From Pristiophorus japonicus (taxonomy: Eukaryota): a DNA stretch of 64,000 nucleotides. The position numbers and the translations under genes were made by a program. The stretch is from positions 146,320,001 through 146,384,000 of the forward strand of contig NC_091984.1 of assembly GCF_044704955.1 (NCBI RefSeq). Reading direction: 5' to 3'. Shown here piece by piece: positions 63,631 through 64,000 of this stretch (position 1 is the first letter of the stretch; each line of letters starts with the position of its first letter). The notes beneath the pieces are model-generated. The model was not told the origin of the DNA, did not search any database, and saw only the letters and a list, made by a program, of their open reading frames with translations.

Positions 63631-64000
63631 CGGGTCACGGACTGAGGAAACAGGTTTCTAAAGCCCCTGAAACTCGTTATTTTATAATGATCCCGAGGAA
63701 GGCCTGTGTCAGCAACACAAACATCTCGCTTGCAGACGGAGCCCGTTGTTCAAGGGGCACAAAGAGGTGAGCCCTATGTGATGGGGACTTTCATTCTCCA
63801 GCAATTCCGTGGCCCCAGGGTTACCGTCTGATAGGGCGGGAAGGGCAGCTGGGAGATTTCTCCCAAACACGTCGGATCCCCAACTCTCCCGGGCACTGCC
63901 ACAGGAAACTCGTCACAGAGAGAGAGGGAGGGAGTGAGTGAGGGACAGGGAAAGAGAGTGAGTGAGGGACGGAGTGAGGCAGAGTGAGTGAGTGAGTGAG

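Noticed and set aside
63745-63772. Possible J segment (…SRGTKR followed by GTGAG donor)
   Set aside because: No FGxG motif, too short, no upstream 23-RSS
63783-63793. Near-perfect kappaB site GGGGACTTTCA
   Set aside because: Single mismatched motif with no supporting context visible

Overview
Eukaryotic, repeat-dense genomic DNA, almost certainly from a shark or other elasmobranch (CR1/HER1-type LINEs, HE1-type tRNA SINEs, shark-type Ig sequences). The window lies between two same-orientation immunoglobulin kappa-type (type III/NS4-like) light-chain clusters. An intact C exon sits at 9781-10109, and about 52 kb downstream is an intact unrearranged leader plus V gene (62369-62895) with a TATA/octamer-variant promoter and a 12-RSS. 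No J segment is visible. The intervening DNA holds: (i) a direct partial duplicate of the intron sequence upstream of C; (ii) an inverted relic cluster in which V-upstream DNA is fused to J-C intron DNA, with promoter, V, J and C all missing; (iii) a 7.6-kb full-structure but defective endogenous retrovirus with snakehead-retrovirus/class III-like RT motifs, a tRNA-Ser-like PBS, a 5-bp TSD, a -1 frameshift signal and a gamma-type env; (iv) an intronless MLXIPL (ChREBP) pseudogene fragment; (v) solo LTRs, MITEs, a Harbinger fragment, nested LINEs and several motif-rich minisatellites. Most LINE/SINE boundaries are approximate, and family assignments come from recalled motifs, not database searches.
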